From the NCBI GenBank assembly GCA_951406725.2, contig OX597817.1, positions 39,618,001 through 39,682,000 of the forward strand: a DNA stretch of 64,000 nucleotides, written 5' to 3'. Origin of the DNA: Octopus vulgaris (lineage: Eukaryota). A program made the translations under genes and the position numbers. Shown here piece by piece: positions 51,946 through 64,000 of this stretch (within the stretch, counting starts at the first letter, position 1; each line of letters opens with the position of its first letter). The notes under the pieces were generated by a model. It saw only the letters and a list, made by a program, of their open reading frames with translations. It did no database searches and was not told where the DNA came from.

Positions 51946-53577
51946 GTAGTGGTGGTGGTGGTGGTGGTGCGTGTGTGTGTAATTAAAACAAGTTAACTTT
52001 GTAACATAGGTGGAGAATAATTTTATGCTGTGTTTACATGTATGAAAAATAAAAATATACTGATGCACACACACACACATTTATTTAAACACATTCATAT
52101 TTACATGTATGTGCATGCATGTGTGACTGTATGTGTTCTGTTGTTATCAAAGCATGAAGAATCTTTGCAGGGCATCTCTGACATCTCTCAATATGGGTGA
52201 TGAGGGGGAAGAGATGAAGTGACTATTACTGACGTCTTTTACTGCTGCAGTAGAAAACAGCATTATATTGTTACATCGAGTTATCCTTAGGTCATAGACC
52301 AGGCCAGACTACTTGTAGCCAAATGGATTCTTCAGTGAAAGCCATCCAGGGTCAGGTAGGTGTGGTGGTGGTGGTGGTGGGTGTAAGGGTGATGATGTTA
52401 AATGAGGTGACAGATGAATTCTACTGCTTGAGATGTTTCTCAGAAAACCCTTTATGGCTGCTGAAGTCAATAGATTCCTTTATTTTTTTTTCACTAGTCA
52501 GTAATTGTGTCTGTCTTTTAGAAACAGAATTCAAGAAGTATTAAAATTGGCATCAGACAGAGAGTAGAGGGATGAGGAGAGAGAGAGAGAGAATGAGGAA
52601 AGAAAGAGTGTGTGTGCGTAAAACAAAAGAGAAACAGGTAAACAGCGACATGAAAATGAAAAAAAAGCACCAAAATAATGGTTGCTTCTTGTTAGCTTAT
52701 TGTTATCTGGTTTCAAAAGACATATTAGAGGTCATAAAAAGTGAACACGAGGCCTAAAGACCTGGAAATTACTTACAAGCTGATAATAACTCTATCTGTC
52801 TCACACACACACACGTGCATACACATTGTACATGTATTATTTTAACAGTAACACTTTCAACTCTCAGTCATTGCTTTCTGTTTTTTTCTATGACCATGAT
52901 TCTCAATCGTTTCGACTTCATGGCAGACTTGTATTCAAAAACAAAACAAAACCACAACTAGTGTAGTTTGCATGCAAAAGTTTAAAATTACTTGCGTACT
53001 TTAAAAAGAAATGTTTTGATGATAAAAATTTTGAAGAAAAAATATAGAAAACTGCTAACTATAGGTTCATGTAGCAGCATCTAAAGAAATATTCATATTT
53101 ACAGTCATAGTTAACACATTTGTGTACACTTAGACAAGGGAATCCCTTTTATTGTGGAAATAGCCTTGGGAGAAAATTCTCTTCACACACAATATGCTGA
53201 AAACACATCATTCCATTGTAAAATGTGCATATTTCTGTGTTTTTACACTTCATCAGCTACAAACAACCAAATCAGTTTTTCACAGCCATGTAATAACTGT
53301 TATTCTTATGCATATAAATACAGTAAATAATATATCTGCTGATGTGCACCAGGCTTAGTCTAGCTGTAGTTCCTTATTTAAAGGTGTGCAAAACAGTTTG
53401 GAATGAAATATATGTGTGTGCAGTCGTATTTACATTTTTGAATACAGAGTTTGAACTCAGAAACCTAGTCAGAAGAAATTACTACTGAACATGTTGTCTG
53501 ACATGTTGACAATTCTTATAGGATGCCTCTTTGATAATAATCAACTGCTAACTGGTAATTGCTTCAAATTTTGAAAA

Positions 53578-53700
53578 TGAACGAACTAGTGAGTTTAGTT
53601 TAATGGCCTACCAATGTATACTATGAGTTTCTTTGCCCTAGGAGTCGGGAAGACACTCGGCAAGAAATGGAAGCAAATTTGAAAGAAGAAGAAAAAAAGA
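53578..53700 (+). mobile_element. 3' UTR fragment of an R4/Dong-like LINE
   Basis: Nearly identical to 54534-54655; followed by (AAT)n. Confidence 0.7.
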
Positions 53701-54339
53701 TAGCATTAATAATAATAATAATAATAATAATAACAATAATCCTTTCTGCTGAAGGCACAAGGCCTGAAATTTTCAGGGGAAAAAAAGGCCTGAAATTTAC
53801 ATTGACCTGTGTTTCACTGGTACTTTTTTCATTGATCCCGAAAGGATGAAAGGCAAAGGTGACCTCGGCAGAATTTGAACTCAGAACATAAAGTTGGATG
53901 AAATACCGTTATGCATTTTGTCCTGCATGCTAACAATTCTGCCAGCTCACCACCTTAAATAATAATAATAATAATAATAATAATGATAATAACAACAATA
54001 ATAAGATAATGATTTCATTTATTTGCCTCAATAGCGAAGGATGAGGGAGACAATACAGAGACAGACATAAAATGTGGGGGTTTACATATAATAATGAAAT
54101 GATGAAAAAAAAAGTATACACAGTATACACCGGAAAAGAAGAGACATATGCATAGCATACAAAGGTAAAAATAATTAAAAAAAGTGGTGGAGAGGATGAT
54201 AGAGATGTGGTACTCATGATACAGGAATACCTCTAGGAATAATTGAGGAACCCCACTGTCTGAGATATCCCTGAAACCTTAGGAGCAAGTGCCTTTTCCG
54301 ATTCCTTCTCTCCAACTCACAGGCCTACCCTTAGAGAGG

Positions 54340-54386
<47 letters not shown>

Positions 54387-54656
54387 GAGAATGATCTCTG
54401 GCTTACCATCCCTGCAAGAAGTGCAAAAGATTGTCTTAACTGGTACATCGCATGTACTGAGAAGAGCATTGTCGATGTGAGAACTATTACTACCCATGTA
54501 TTTTAATTTAACTTTAAAAAAAAAAAAAAAATTAACGAACTAGTGAGTTTAGTTTAATGGCCTACCAATGTATACTATGAGTTTCTTTGCCCTAGGAGTC
54601 GGGAAGACACTTGGCAAGAAATGGAAGTAAATTTGAAAGAAGAAGAAAAAAAACGA
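54387..54656 (+). mobile_element. R4/Dong-like LINE 3' end in (AAT)n
   Basis: ISGLPSLQEVQKIVLTGTSHVLRRALSM* parallels the C-terminus at 58239; AAT on both flanks. Confidence 0.8.
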
Positions 54657-55227
54657 TAATAATAATAATAATGATGATAATAACAATGATAATCCTTTCT
54701 ACTATAGACACAGGACCTGACAGTTTGGAAGGGGTTTAATTGATTACATTGACCCCCTAGTGTTCAACTGGTATGAAAGGCAAAAATCGACTTCTGTGGA
54801 ATTTGAACCCACAAAGTAAAGCCAGAAGAAATGCTGCTAAACATTTTGCCTGGTGTGCTAATAATTCTGCCAGCTCGCTGCCTTGATAATAATAATAATA
54901 ATGATAAAAAGAATAATAATAATAATAATGATAATAATAATAACAAAGAAATATTAAAGAAAAACAATAATAAACTACAAAAAATGAAGGTTATATAATA
55001 CTGGAACAATATTTCCCATTGAAATGTTTTGTTACTCTACCTGCATATATCATGTTGTCTTTGATGTAAAAATAGGAAATGGTTCATTGTTTCATCAGTG
55101 AAAGAATGGTAACGATTGGATTTCTTTCAATTCAGTGGCTAGTTCATGAAAAGTTAGTGTTTTTGTGTATACATGTGTATGTGAATGCGTATGTGGTGTG
55201 TGTGTATGTATATATGTGTGTTTGCTT

Positions 55228-55316
55228 GTGCTGGAGTTTAGAACTATCTGTATTAGCTCATGCATTTCACACACGCCCATAGATTCCTTTGTGTGAATGT
55301 GTGTGCATGTGTGTGT

Positions 55317-55351
<35 letters not shown>

Positions 55352-55635
55352 TGCACTTGAGTTTAGTGTTATATGAATGAGCGCATGCATTGCACATGCG
55401 ATATGTACGTGTACACACATGTGTGCGTATGTGTGTGTGTCTGTGTATGTGTGTGTGTGTTGTGTGTGTGTGTGTGTGTGTGTGGACTTGTGCCTGCACT
55501 GGGGTTTAGAGCTATCTGAATAAGCAACATACATTACACATGCACACACAGATTTCTGTGTGTGTGTACATGCACTGAGGTGTTTAGAGTTATCTAAATG
55601 AACACGCACAATACACATGTACCCAAAGATTTCTT
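55228..55635. repeat. Four degenerate ~65-bp units separated by (GT)n spacers
   Basis: gcact(g)g(a/g)gtttaga..tatctgaat.agc..atgcatt.cacatgc units at ~55228, 55353, 55496 and 55572. Confidence 0.7.
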
Positions 55636-56051
55636 TTCAGTTGAGCGAGTAGGCTTGTAGACAATAATGCCTTGATATCAGAATATAAAAGATAATCTTA
55701 TTCGATATAACTTCATTTCTTACAATCTACTTTGTCATTGAAAGCTAACAATGTAAGTTTTATAAAAGCAGATTTATTTCACCATCCTGTTTGTCTTGTA
55801 AGGGCTTCTAAATTGGTGGTTCATGTCATTATGCCATTGTATAAATTGATGGCCTTAGTTGTTGTTGTTTCATTATTGTTTACCATTTCAAGATTTCTCA
55901 TGGTTGGGAGTAACCAGATGTATATTTGTATTTATATATTTTTTGTGTTAGGGTAGAGTATTTAAAAATTTCTTACTCCTTGGTGTAATTTTTGACCCCT
56001 AACACTATTAGGTTACAGATATTGTGTCAGCTTTCAAAAGAAATAATAATA

Positions 56052-56824
56052 ACTCAGGAAAAAGATGGTATTGGTATACACCGGAGAAAGGCGGTGAGCT
56101 GGCAGAAACGTTAGCACGCCGGGCGAAATGCTTAGCGGTATTTCGTCTGTGTTACGTTGTGAGTTCGAATTCCGCCGAGGTCGACTTTGCCTTTCATCCT
56201 TTCGGGGTCGATAAATCAAGTACCAGTTACGCACTGGGGTCGATGTAATCGACTTAATACCTATGTCTGTCCTTGTTTGTCCCCTCTGTGTTTAGCCCCT
56301 TGTGGGTAATAAAGAAATAGAAATAGGTATACACCGGAGAAAGGTTTCAGAAAATGACAAAACAATCAGACTCTGGGATATGTTAATTATACAAATAGGG
56401 AGATCAAGGCTAATTGGCCAGATATTGTTATCAAGGTCATTTTGGAGAAACAATACCTCCTAATTGACATTTCAGTTCCAATACATGACTGTGTCTCTCT
56501 AAAAGAAATAGAAACTGTTGAAATACAAAGATCTGGAAACAGAGGTAACTTGAATGTGGAACCTGAAGACAGAAACAATCCCTATAATAGGTGCTTTAGG
56601 TATAGTAAAAAAAAAAATATACAAACACATAACAAAAATTCAAGACTTGTGAATATGTATAACATACAGTAAATAACACTGCTAAGCACTGCAAACATCT
56701 TATATAATATAAAGCACTTTCAATATGCTAAAAATAACAACACCAAAACAAAGTATACCACATATCCAAGACACACAGAGCTGGACTCAGAAGTGCAGTG
56801 AAAGCATGCAATATAGTAAGTCAA

Positions 56825-56827
<3 letters not shown>
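56052..56827 (+). mobile_element. Degenerate R4/Dong-like LINE endonuclease region interrupted by a SINE
   Basis: RWYWYTPE|KVSENDKTIRLWDM...REIKANWPDIVIK...YLLIDISVP; AAT on both flanks. Confidence 0.75.
56092..56325 (+). mobile_element. Young SINE family B with a long TSD
   Basis: ggtatacaccggagaaagg duplicated at 56073-56091 and 56326-56344; CpGs retained; B-box GAGTTCGAATTC. Confidence 0.93.
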
Positions 56828-56870
<43 letters not shown>

Positions 56871-56873
<3 letters not shown>

Positions 56874-58431
56874 GTAACAGTAACAATAGACCAGCAAAAT
56901 GTCATAAAAGAGTTAGACCCAGCAAAGAGCTACAAGTACCTAGGGATAATTGAAGGGGATGGAATAAGGCATTCAGTGATGAAGGAAAGGATCAGGAGAG
57001 AATGTTATTGCAGAGTAAGAGCAATACTCAAGACAGAGCTGAATGCAAGAAACAGGATCGAAGCGATCAATGCTTTATCCATACCAGTCGTGACTTACAG
57101 TTTCAATATCATTAACTGGTCAATTACTGAAATATGTAATCTTGACAGAAAAATACGAAAACTATTGACAATGCATAGAATGCACCACCCTAAGGCAGAT
57201 ATAGAACGACTTTATCTGTCAAGGAAAGAAGGAGGCCGTGGACTTTTACAACTGGCAATAACAATGAAGATTGCTACAATTGGCCTAGACACCTACCTGA
57301 AAAACTCTGGGGACTGGATGTTAAAACTTGTCTCAAAACATCATACTCAGTAACAAAACAGGCAAAGGAATATCTAAGTGAATTCTGAATACAACAAATT
57401 TCAAAATTAGACATACAAGAAACAAGCACAGAAAAAGCTAAGCACATGAAAACCTGTGCTAAAACTGCTGCCTTAGATATTCTGAATGATAAATGGCAAT
57501 ACCCAAAGAGAGCAAATAATGCAGATGTTGACAAAGCCCTGACCCATCAATGGCTAATGGCCTCTGGCTTAAAATCTGAAACAGAAGGGTTTATCATAGC
57601 AGCTCAAGATCAATGCCTACCTACAAGGAACTACCAGGCCAACATACTAAAGAACGGCAGTAGCCCAATATGTTGTTTATGTCAACAACAAAATGAAACC
57701 ATTGATCATGTTGTCTCCAAGTGCAGTCTTCTTGTGCCTACAGAGTATCTCGACAGGCATGATAGAGCTGCACAATATATTCACTGGATAATTTGCAAAA
57801 GCCTGGACTTGCCCCATCATAAAAACTGGTGGGAACACAAACCACCTCCAGTGCTTGAAAATGACCACATTTCACTCCTCTGGAACTTCACCATTCAAAC
57901 TGACAGAAAGATAGATTGCGAATAGGCCAGACATCATAGTAAAAGACTTCAGAGAAAAAAACATGCCTCCTCATTGATATGACTGTCCCTATCAATATAA
58001 ATGTTTCTGTCAAGACCTACCAGAAACTAAGCAAATATAAAGATCTGGAAATAGAAATCAGCAAAATGTGGAAGCTGAAAACTAAAACAATACCTGTTGT
58101 CATAGGTGCCTTGGGAATGATAGCAAAAGGGGCTGATTGTTCCCTAACTCAGATACCAGGAAACCCAAAACTGGCAGAAATTCAAAAGATAGTGCTCATG
58201 GGAACTGCTCATATCCTACGCAAAATACTTTCTATGTAATCTCAAGTTTTAAAACAAACATAATTTTCATATGTTTTTTTTAGGCATTCACTAGTACAAC
58301 ACTAAGTACAAAACCAAATATATGGCACCCTCGGCATAACACCAACACGAACTTCCAACTTGTTGTCTCTTGAGGTCTCTGGGTGAAACTTGGAGCCAGC
58401 TTGTGCAAATGTAAAGCAAAAGTCAAACATA

Positions 58432-58432
<1 letters not shown>
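56871..58432 (+). mobile_element. R4/Dong-like restriction-like-endonuclease LINE, 5'-truncated pseudogene in (AAT)n
   Basis: SYKYLG, RLYLSRKEGGRGL, ETEGFIIAAQDQ, the CCHC knuckle C-x2-C..ETIDHVVSKC, RHD, RPDII, IDMTVP.N...KLSKYKDL and IPVVIGALG. (AAT)n at 56828-56870 and 58433-58480. Confidence 0.92.
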
Positions 58433-58477
<45 letters not shown>

Positions 58478-58609
58478 AATAGGAAGAAAAAGAGGAAGAA
58501 AAGACAGATGAGGTAGAGGGAAATAGATAGGGGAATAAAATGTAGCAGGGTTATATGGTGTGTAAGGGAAAAAAGTTTTAAGGGTATAAGATAAAGGTAA
58601 ATATTGTGA

Positions 58610-58865
58610 ATCCTTTCCAATGGAAGCACAAGGCCTCAGAGTTGTGGGGAAGGGACTAGTTGATTACATCGACCCCAGTGTTTCATTGGTACTTAATTTA
58701 TCGACCCTGAAAGGATGAAAGGCAAAGTTGACCTCAGTGGAATTTGAACTCAGAACGTAGGGACAGATGAAATACTGCTAAGTATTTTGCCTGGCGTGCT
58801 AACGATTCTGCCAGCTCAACACATTCAATAATAATAATGATAACAATAATAATAATAATGATAAC

Positions 58866-58900
<35 letters not shown>

Positions 58901-59332
58901 TAACAATAATAATAATAATAGTAATAATAATAATAATTTCAAATTTTGGCTCAAGGTCAGCAATTTGGGGGGAGGGGTACTTGTTTTATCAACCCTGAGA
59001 GGGTGAAAGTCAAAGTTGACCTTGGCAGAATCTGAACTCAGAATGTAAAGACAGCTAAAATGCTGCTAAGCATTTTCGCTGGTGTGCCAATGCTTCTCCC
59101 AGCTCACTGCCTTAATAATAATAATAGTAATCCTTCCTATTATAGGCACAGGGCCTGAAATTTTGGGGGACAGTACTGGTGGATTACATCAACCCAGTGT
59201 ATTTAATTTATCAACCTCATAAGGATAAAAGGCAAAGTCAACCTCAACGGAATTTACACAGAATGTAGTGGCAGACGAAATACCACTAAGCATTTCACCA
59301 GGTGTGCTAATGGTTCTGCTAGTTCACTGCTT
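58610..59332 (-). mobile_element. Three tandem SINE family B copies separated by (AAT)n
   Basis: The aaagg..aaagt.gacct...gaa.ttgaactcagaa motif recurs three times. Confidence 0.85.
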
Positions 59333-59380
59333 TAGTAATCATAATAATAATAATAACAACAATAATAATTATAATAATAA

Positions 59381-59937
59381 ATGCCCTGATGCAGTACCAG
59401 GCAGTGGCTTTCGTGGCTTCTGATCTTAACTGATTGGAAGTGTTATCATGTACATTGTTTTGTCATGCTATAAAAGATGGGCTACAGCAAATATTCTGCT
59501 CAATACCACAGATTTGCTTGTCAGTTGTTTGACCTTAACCAGTTGACCATGTCCCTTAGTGGCTGACAATATGTGCATCTCTGATCACAAGCAGAAGTAG
59601 TGGGGGAGCATCATAGCCGTATGTTGAGGGGGATTCTTTGGGGTTTGGATAATTCACCTCTGGAAACATAGGTGTTTAGTTCAAAATCCTTAAACAACCC
59701 TTATTCAGGAACCTTTTGAGCAGGATGGGTTACTCGACCAGAATAAAAATTCTAACTGGGTCCAACCTGCAAGGTCATGTGCTGTTTATCTTGATATGAG
59801 ATCACCATGTTGCGCACATATGGTTGTGATGCATGTGCCTAGTGTACCCCTATCAGACAGGTAGTCATGGTGGATATACTGGGCTTAGTATATTTTACCC
59901 TAGTGTTACTTTGATGGCATGCTCTGCTCTCTGACTC
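59381..59937 (+). mobile_element. Unclassified ~557-bp non-coding element flanked by (AAT)n (apparently full length)
   Basis: Starts atgccctgatgcagtacc and ends ctctctgactc; homologous to 28137-28681 and 35514-35825. Strand is inferred. Confidence 0.75.
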
Positions 59938-59953
59938 AATAATAATAATGATG

Positions 59954-60007
<54 letters not shown>

Positions 60008-60010
<3 letters not shown>

Positions 60011-60190
60011 TACAATCAGTTTGCAAGAGATGTGCACACCAAGACAGATACAAAGGACCAGTGGCTATGGATGAGGAAGAGTGACCTGATGATAGAGACA
60101 GAAACACTCGTATACGCAGCTCAGGAACAAGCGTTAAGGACTGACTATATGAAGTGCAGAATAGACAACACTATCAATAGCAACAAAGTT
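60008..60190 (+). mobile_element. R4/Dong-like LINE internal fragment (another family)
   Basis: MYNQFARD...QWLWMRKSDLMIETETLVYAAQEQALRT follows (AAT)n. Confidence 0.75.
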
Positions 60191-60814
60191 GCAAGAATAC
60201 TTCTCATTTGTATATTCCATTTTCGGTATGATTTCTATAGTTGGATGGCCTTCTTGACATTGACCATTTTATAGAATGCAGTGATTGCATTCTCTCATTA
60301 AAGAGTCTGCCCTGTCCTTGATATATGGTCCTCTATATTCCATATACTTTCATTCATTTACCTATCATTTTACAGAGTGTACTGGGTGCATTATACCCTG
60401 CTACTAGCATGTAAGAGGTTCTTGTCTGAAAATTACTCTCTGCCTTTGTTGTCTTTATATAATTGCCAACTACTTTACTGAGTGTCCCAGATGCATTTTT
60501 TTCATGGCATTAACTAAATTTCTCTTTTTCAAATGTGAATCCAATAATTTCCAAAATTCTTGTAATGTATATTTGAATGTATGTGTATATCTGTCCCAAT
60601 GTTTGTATGTATGTTTACAATGTATGCATAAAGAGAGGTAAGTATTGGGGTAATAACACCACTTAACTTACCTGTTGTAATTCTTTGTTATCATAATGAC
60701 AACAGCTGTTGAACAAACTCTTTTGTTGTTTGGTGAAAGCAAAGTTCAACTAAAATATTATGTTATGATTGTGATAGATTCATACTTACGTTTTTTGTTA
60801 ATGTTTTTCACCAG

Positions 60815-60955
60815 AAAACTGCTCATGACTGGAAGTACTATGAGGAACAGAAATTTCAAGTTTTGGAAAACTTAAGCAAAGCAGAAATGGAACTTGAAAA
60901 GGAACCGGTTGGTGGTGGCCATGACCTGGCACAAAAAGACCTAGAAGTGAAAAAG
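60815..60955 (+). CDS. Internal exon of the same spectrin-repeat protein (nesprin-1/SYNE1/MSP-300-like)
   Basis: Acceptor tgtttttcaccAG, donor AAG|GTAAGG, 141 nt, phase 0-0. Encodes KTAHDWKYYEEQKFQVLENLSKAEMELEKEPVGGGHDLAQKDLEVKK (helix A pattern). Confidence 0.85.
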
Positions 60956-61371
60956 GTAAGGATCATCTGGTTTTTCTCCTGTGAGTCTCATAAATATTTT
61001 AGTATTTGTAATTGCTGTTCTCTAACCCAATCAGCACTGATCATTCTGACTTATCTTTGGCACATTGTTAATCATTGTTAATCAGTTGTTATTGCTTTGC
61101 CACCGGTGATCTGCCCTGATCCAGAAGACCTATGATCAAAGATATTTCAGTCACAGCCATCTTATCTTTAGGGGAATATCTAAGACTGCATTATCTAATA
61201 AGGCCTTCTTTTTTTAAGATGGTAGGATGTGATTTGAGTGAGATATTTAGCTGCTATTTCTTACAGGTTTAATGAGCCCATAGTTGGTTTCTGATTGTCA
61301 GTTAAGCAACTAATACATTTATAGTAAGTTGAACTAGCCATTGTAACTAACAGATCTAGTACTATCTCTCT

Positions 61372-61459
<88 letters not shown>

Positions 61460-61476
61460 GTATATATATATATATG

Positions 61477-61522
<46 letters not shown>

Positions 61523-61524
61523 GT

Positions 61525-61944
61525 CACAGGCATAGCTGTGTGGTAAGAAACTTGATTTCCAAACACATGATTCTGGGTTCAGTCTCACTGTGTGATCACC
61601 TTGCACACGTCTTCTACTGTAGCCTTGGGCCAACCAAAGCCTTGTAAGTAGATTTGGTAGATGGAAACTGAAAGAAGCCCGTTGTATATGCATATATATC
61701 TATGTGTATATGCCTTTGTACTTGTGTTTGTACCCCCACCACCACTTGACAATCGGTGTTGGTGTGTTTATGTCCCTGTAACTTAGTGGTTTGACAAAAG
61801 GGACTGATAGAGTAAGTACTGGGCTTAAAAAAATAAGTCCTCGGGTCAATTTCAACTAGCAATAACCACGCCTCAGATAACCCTTTTAAGGTGGTGCCCC
61901 AGCATGGCCACAGTCAAATGACTGAAATAAGTAAAAGATAAAAG

Positions 61945-61945
<1 letters not shown>
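61525..61945 (+). mobile_element. SINE family A
   Basis: Head-to-tail match with a small internal insertion near 61855-61885. Confidence 0.8.
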
Positions 61946-62020
<75 letters not shown>

Positions 62021-62599
62021 ATATGTATGTATGCATGCATTTATGTATGTATGTATAAGGGTAAGATCTAAGGATCCAAGTGAGGGAAGTTTGTAAGCTG
62101 AAAGTTTTTGTGTAGCTCATAGCTTGTAACCAGAGTTGCTATGAATGCAAATAAGAATCCAAATTCAGGGAATGGAAGGCGTAAAATCCAGGCTACATAT
62201 GTTTCTTAGCTAGCTAATCCTCTGATGTAATAATTACTCAATGAGGAGTACTCAACTTAACTAATCATCAGGCTAAGAATGCCTTAAATTACATGAAGGT
62301 TACATCATTGCTTGAAATCCCCAATTTAGCTCACTATAGATTTGAGTAGAAATGAATGGTGAAACCAGAAGAACAGAATACAGAAACAAATGTTTGAAGA
62401 AATAAAAGAGTCAAACAGTAAGAAAAAGAGGGTGTGATCAGATATTTAGGAATGGGAATTGTGTAAGGTTGTTAGGAGTGAAGAAAAGGAGAGGGGAAGA
62501 TAAGAGTAGATAGTTGCTGTTGTTAAGGGGTAAAAACGAATGATAGTTGTGAGTATTTAGTTTGTTAGGATAGGTAAAATTTGAAACCATTATTATTAT

Positions 62600-62820
62600 T
62601 AAGGTGGTAAACTGACAGAGTTGTCAGGATACTGAATAAAATGATTAGTGGCATTTTGTCCTTTATGTTCTGTGTTCAAATTCTGCTGAGGTTGACTTTG
62701 CATTTCATCTTTTTAGCAGTCAATGGAATAAGTACCAGCTGAGCACTGGGGTTGCTGTAATCAAATAGCCCCTTCCCCAAAATTTCAGGCTGTGTACCTT
62801 TAGTAGAAAAGATTGTCATT
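62600..62820 (+). mobile_element. SINE family B flanked by (ATT)n
   Basis: Family-B body ending tagtagaaaagatt. Confidence 0.75.
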
Positions 62821-63479
62821 ATTATTATTATAATCTTTATTCGTTATCTTATTTAAAATGGTACAATGTATTTGAAAGAAATTTGGCTGCTATTTCTAGC
62901 AGCTCGAATGGCTACATATTTTGAGACACAGGTACTGTGAACTTGGCTGGCGTATGATATTTGTTCCTTAGTACTTAGCATTGGTGGTGGATTTCTCAGT
63001 AGAGTATTTGTTGGCCACAAAGTTATTGTTATTATTTATGTGGGTGTGTGTGTATTTTCAGTTTGTTTAAGGTTAACTGGAAGTGGTTTTAGGATAGTAT
63101 TGTAGGAATGTCCTGCAGTCTTGTGCATGTATCTTTTGGGAGTGTCGTTAAACAGAAAGGAAGTCACAATGTGGTTCAGTTGATCTGGTAGCTTTATCAG
63201 CAAATCTCTCTCAAATTACTTTCTACTCGTGTGCAAATTTTGCATGAATTTGGAAATGGCAGTGAGTGAAATTTTCTAAATAGAATTATGAGCTCTCACT
63301 ATATATTGACTTTAAAAAGTAGTCTTATATTAGGGCATATAAGCTCAATTGTTCATTTTTTTTTTCCACTACAGGGGCTAATATGTCCTAATATTAGACT
63401 ATTTTCTATAGTCAATATAGAAGGTTCATAATTCTATTTACTTCAAAAGAGAGATAAATAAACATGTTGGAAAGCTCAG

Positions 63480-63850
63480 TTATTATTAGGTTTCATGGGT
63501 GACCTAGAATGCATCACCACTGATGTTTTTTATGGGTTAGAGTGGTTTTTGGGTCTCTTCAACATCGGATCCCGTCACCCAGTTGACCCAACCAAAGTTG
63601 GTAAGTCCAGGCTGCAACAAACCAAGATCTATCCTTTATATTCAGAATCATGTAGTAGCTTTCTCTTTGGCTTCAGTGATGGAATGCATGGCTCCTGCAT
63701 TCATCTTGTACCTGTAACTCCAAGTCTAGTCAGAATTTTATTGAGGGATTGCTCCATGAGCCTCCAGCAGCGGACTTCAGCTGGCTAGCAGCAAACTCAC
63801 TAGCTTTGGTGTCTATACCGTTCTACTAGCTCCTGGTACTAGCAAGCTTT
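63480..63850 (-). mobile_element. HERO-like (RLE non-LTR) retrotransposon 3' fragment, degenerate
   Basis: Minus translation PAEVRCWRLMEQSLNKILTRLGVTG...AMHSITEAKEKATT*F*I*R resembles the recalled HERO C-terminus (PxEVGCRGF..QSL..L..LG..G...EAAEKASRWLW). The 3' UTR reads gatgttgaagagacccaaaaacc...acatcagtggtgatg. Confidence 0.6.
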
Positions 63851-64000
63851 TTCTAAAAGTAATACGTCAGAAAAAAAACACAACAAAAGATGGTCACAGC
63901 TGGAATATTGGGGCAGGAGCGAATGATAAAAAGTGGACAGAAGAAAAACAAGTATATCAACATTATAGATCAAAAACACCATGCATGAAGAAAATTCAAA

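Noticed and set aside
55228-55635. CRISPR-like repeat-spacer look
   Set aside because: Eukaryotic context, diverged units, microsatellite spacers of unequal length, and no cas genes.

Overview
AT-rich, microsatellite-saturated eukaryotic DNA, most consistent with a coleoid cephalopod (octopus-type) genome; the organism call is inference from repeat content. The window appears to be almost entirely intron. Only two convincing host exons were found (26709-26885 and 60815-60955, + strand, both phase 0-0). They join into one spectrin-repeat segment resembling nesprin-1/MSP-300, about 33.9 kb apart. The rest is transposable elements. These include a young 5'-truncated RTE LINE with a PHD-type finger inside its reverse transcriptase (RT), two CR1-group LINE families, several R4/Dong-like LINEs in (AAT)n tracts and a HERO-like fragment. 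There are also Penelope-like relics with hammerhead-ribozyme-like motifs, Tc1/mariner relics, a Helentron-type element and three tRNA-headed SINE families. The most interesting signals are: core-variant hammerhead motifs, tandem predicted pseudoknot modules in the RTE 3' UTR, an unclassified ~557-bp (AAT)n-associated element, TE partitioning between (TA)n and (AAT)n tracts, and locally templated fold-back palindromes and insertions. Most ORF-track entries are microsatellite artefacts. Repeat boundaries were read by eye and are approximate.
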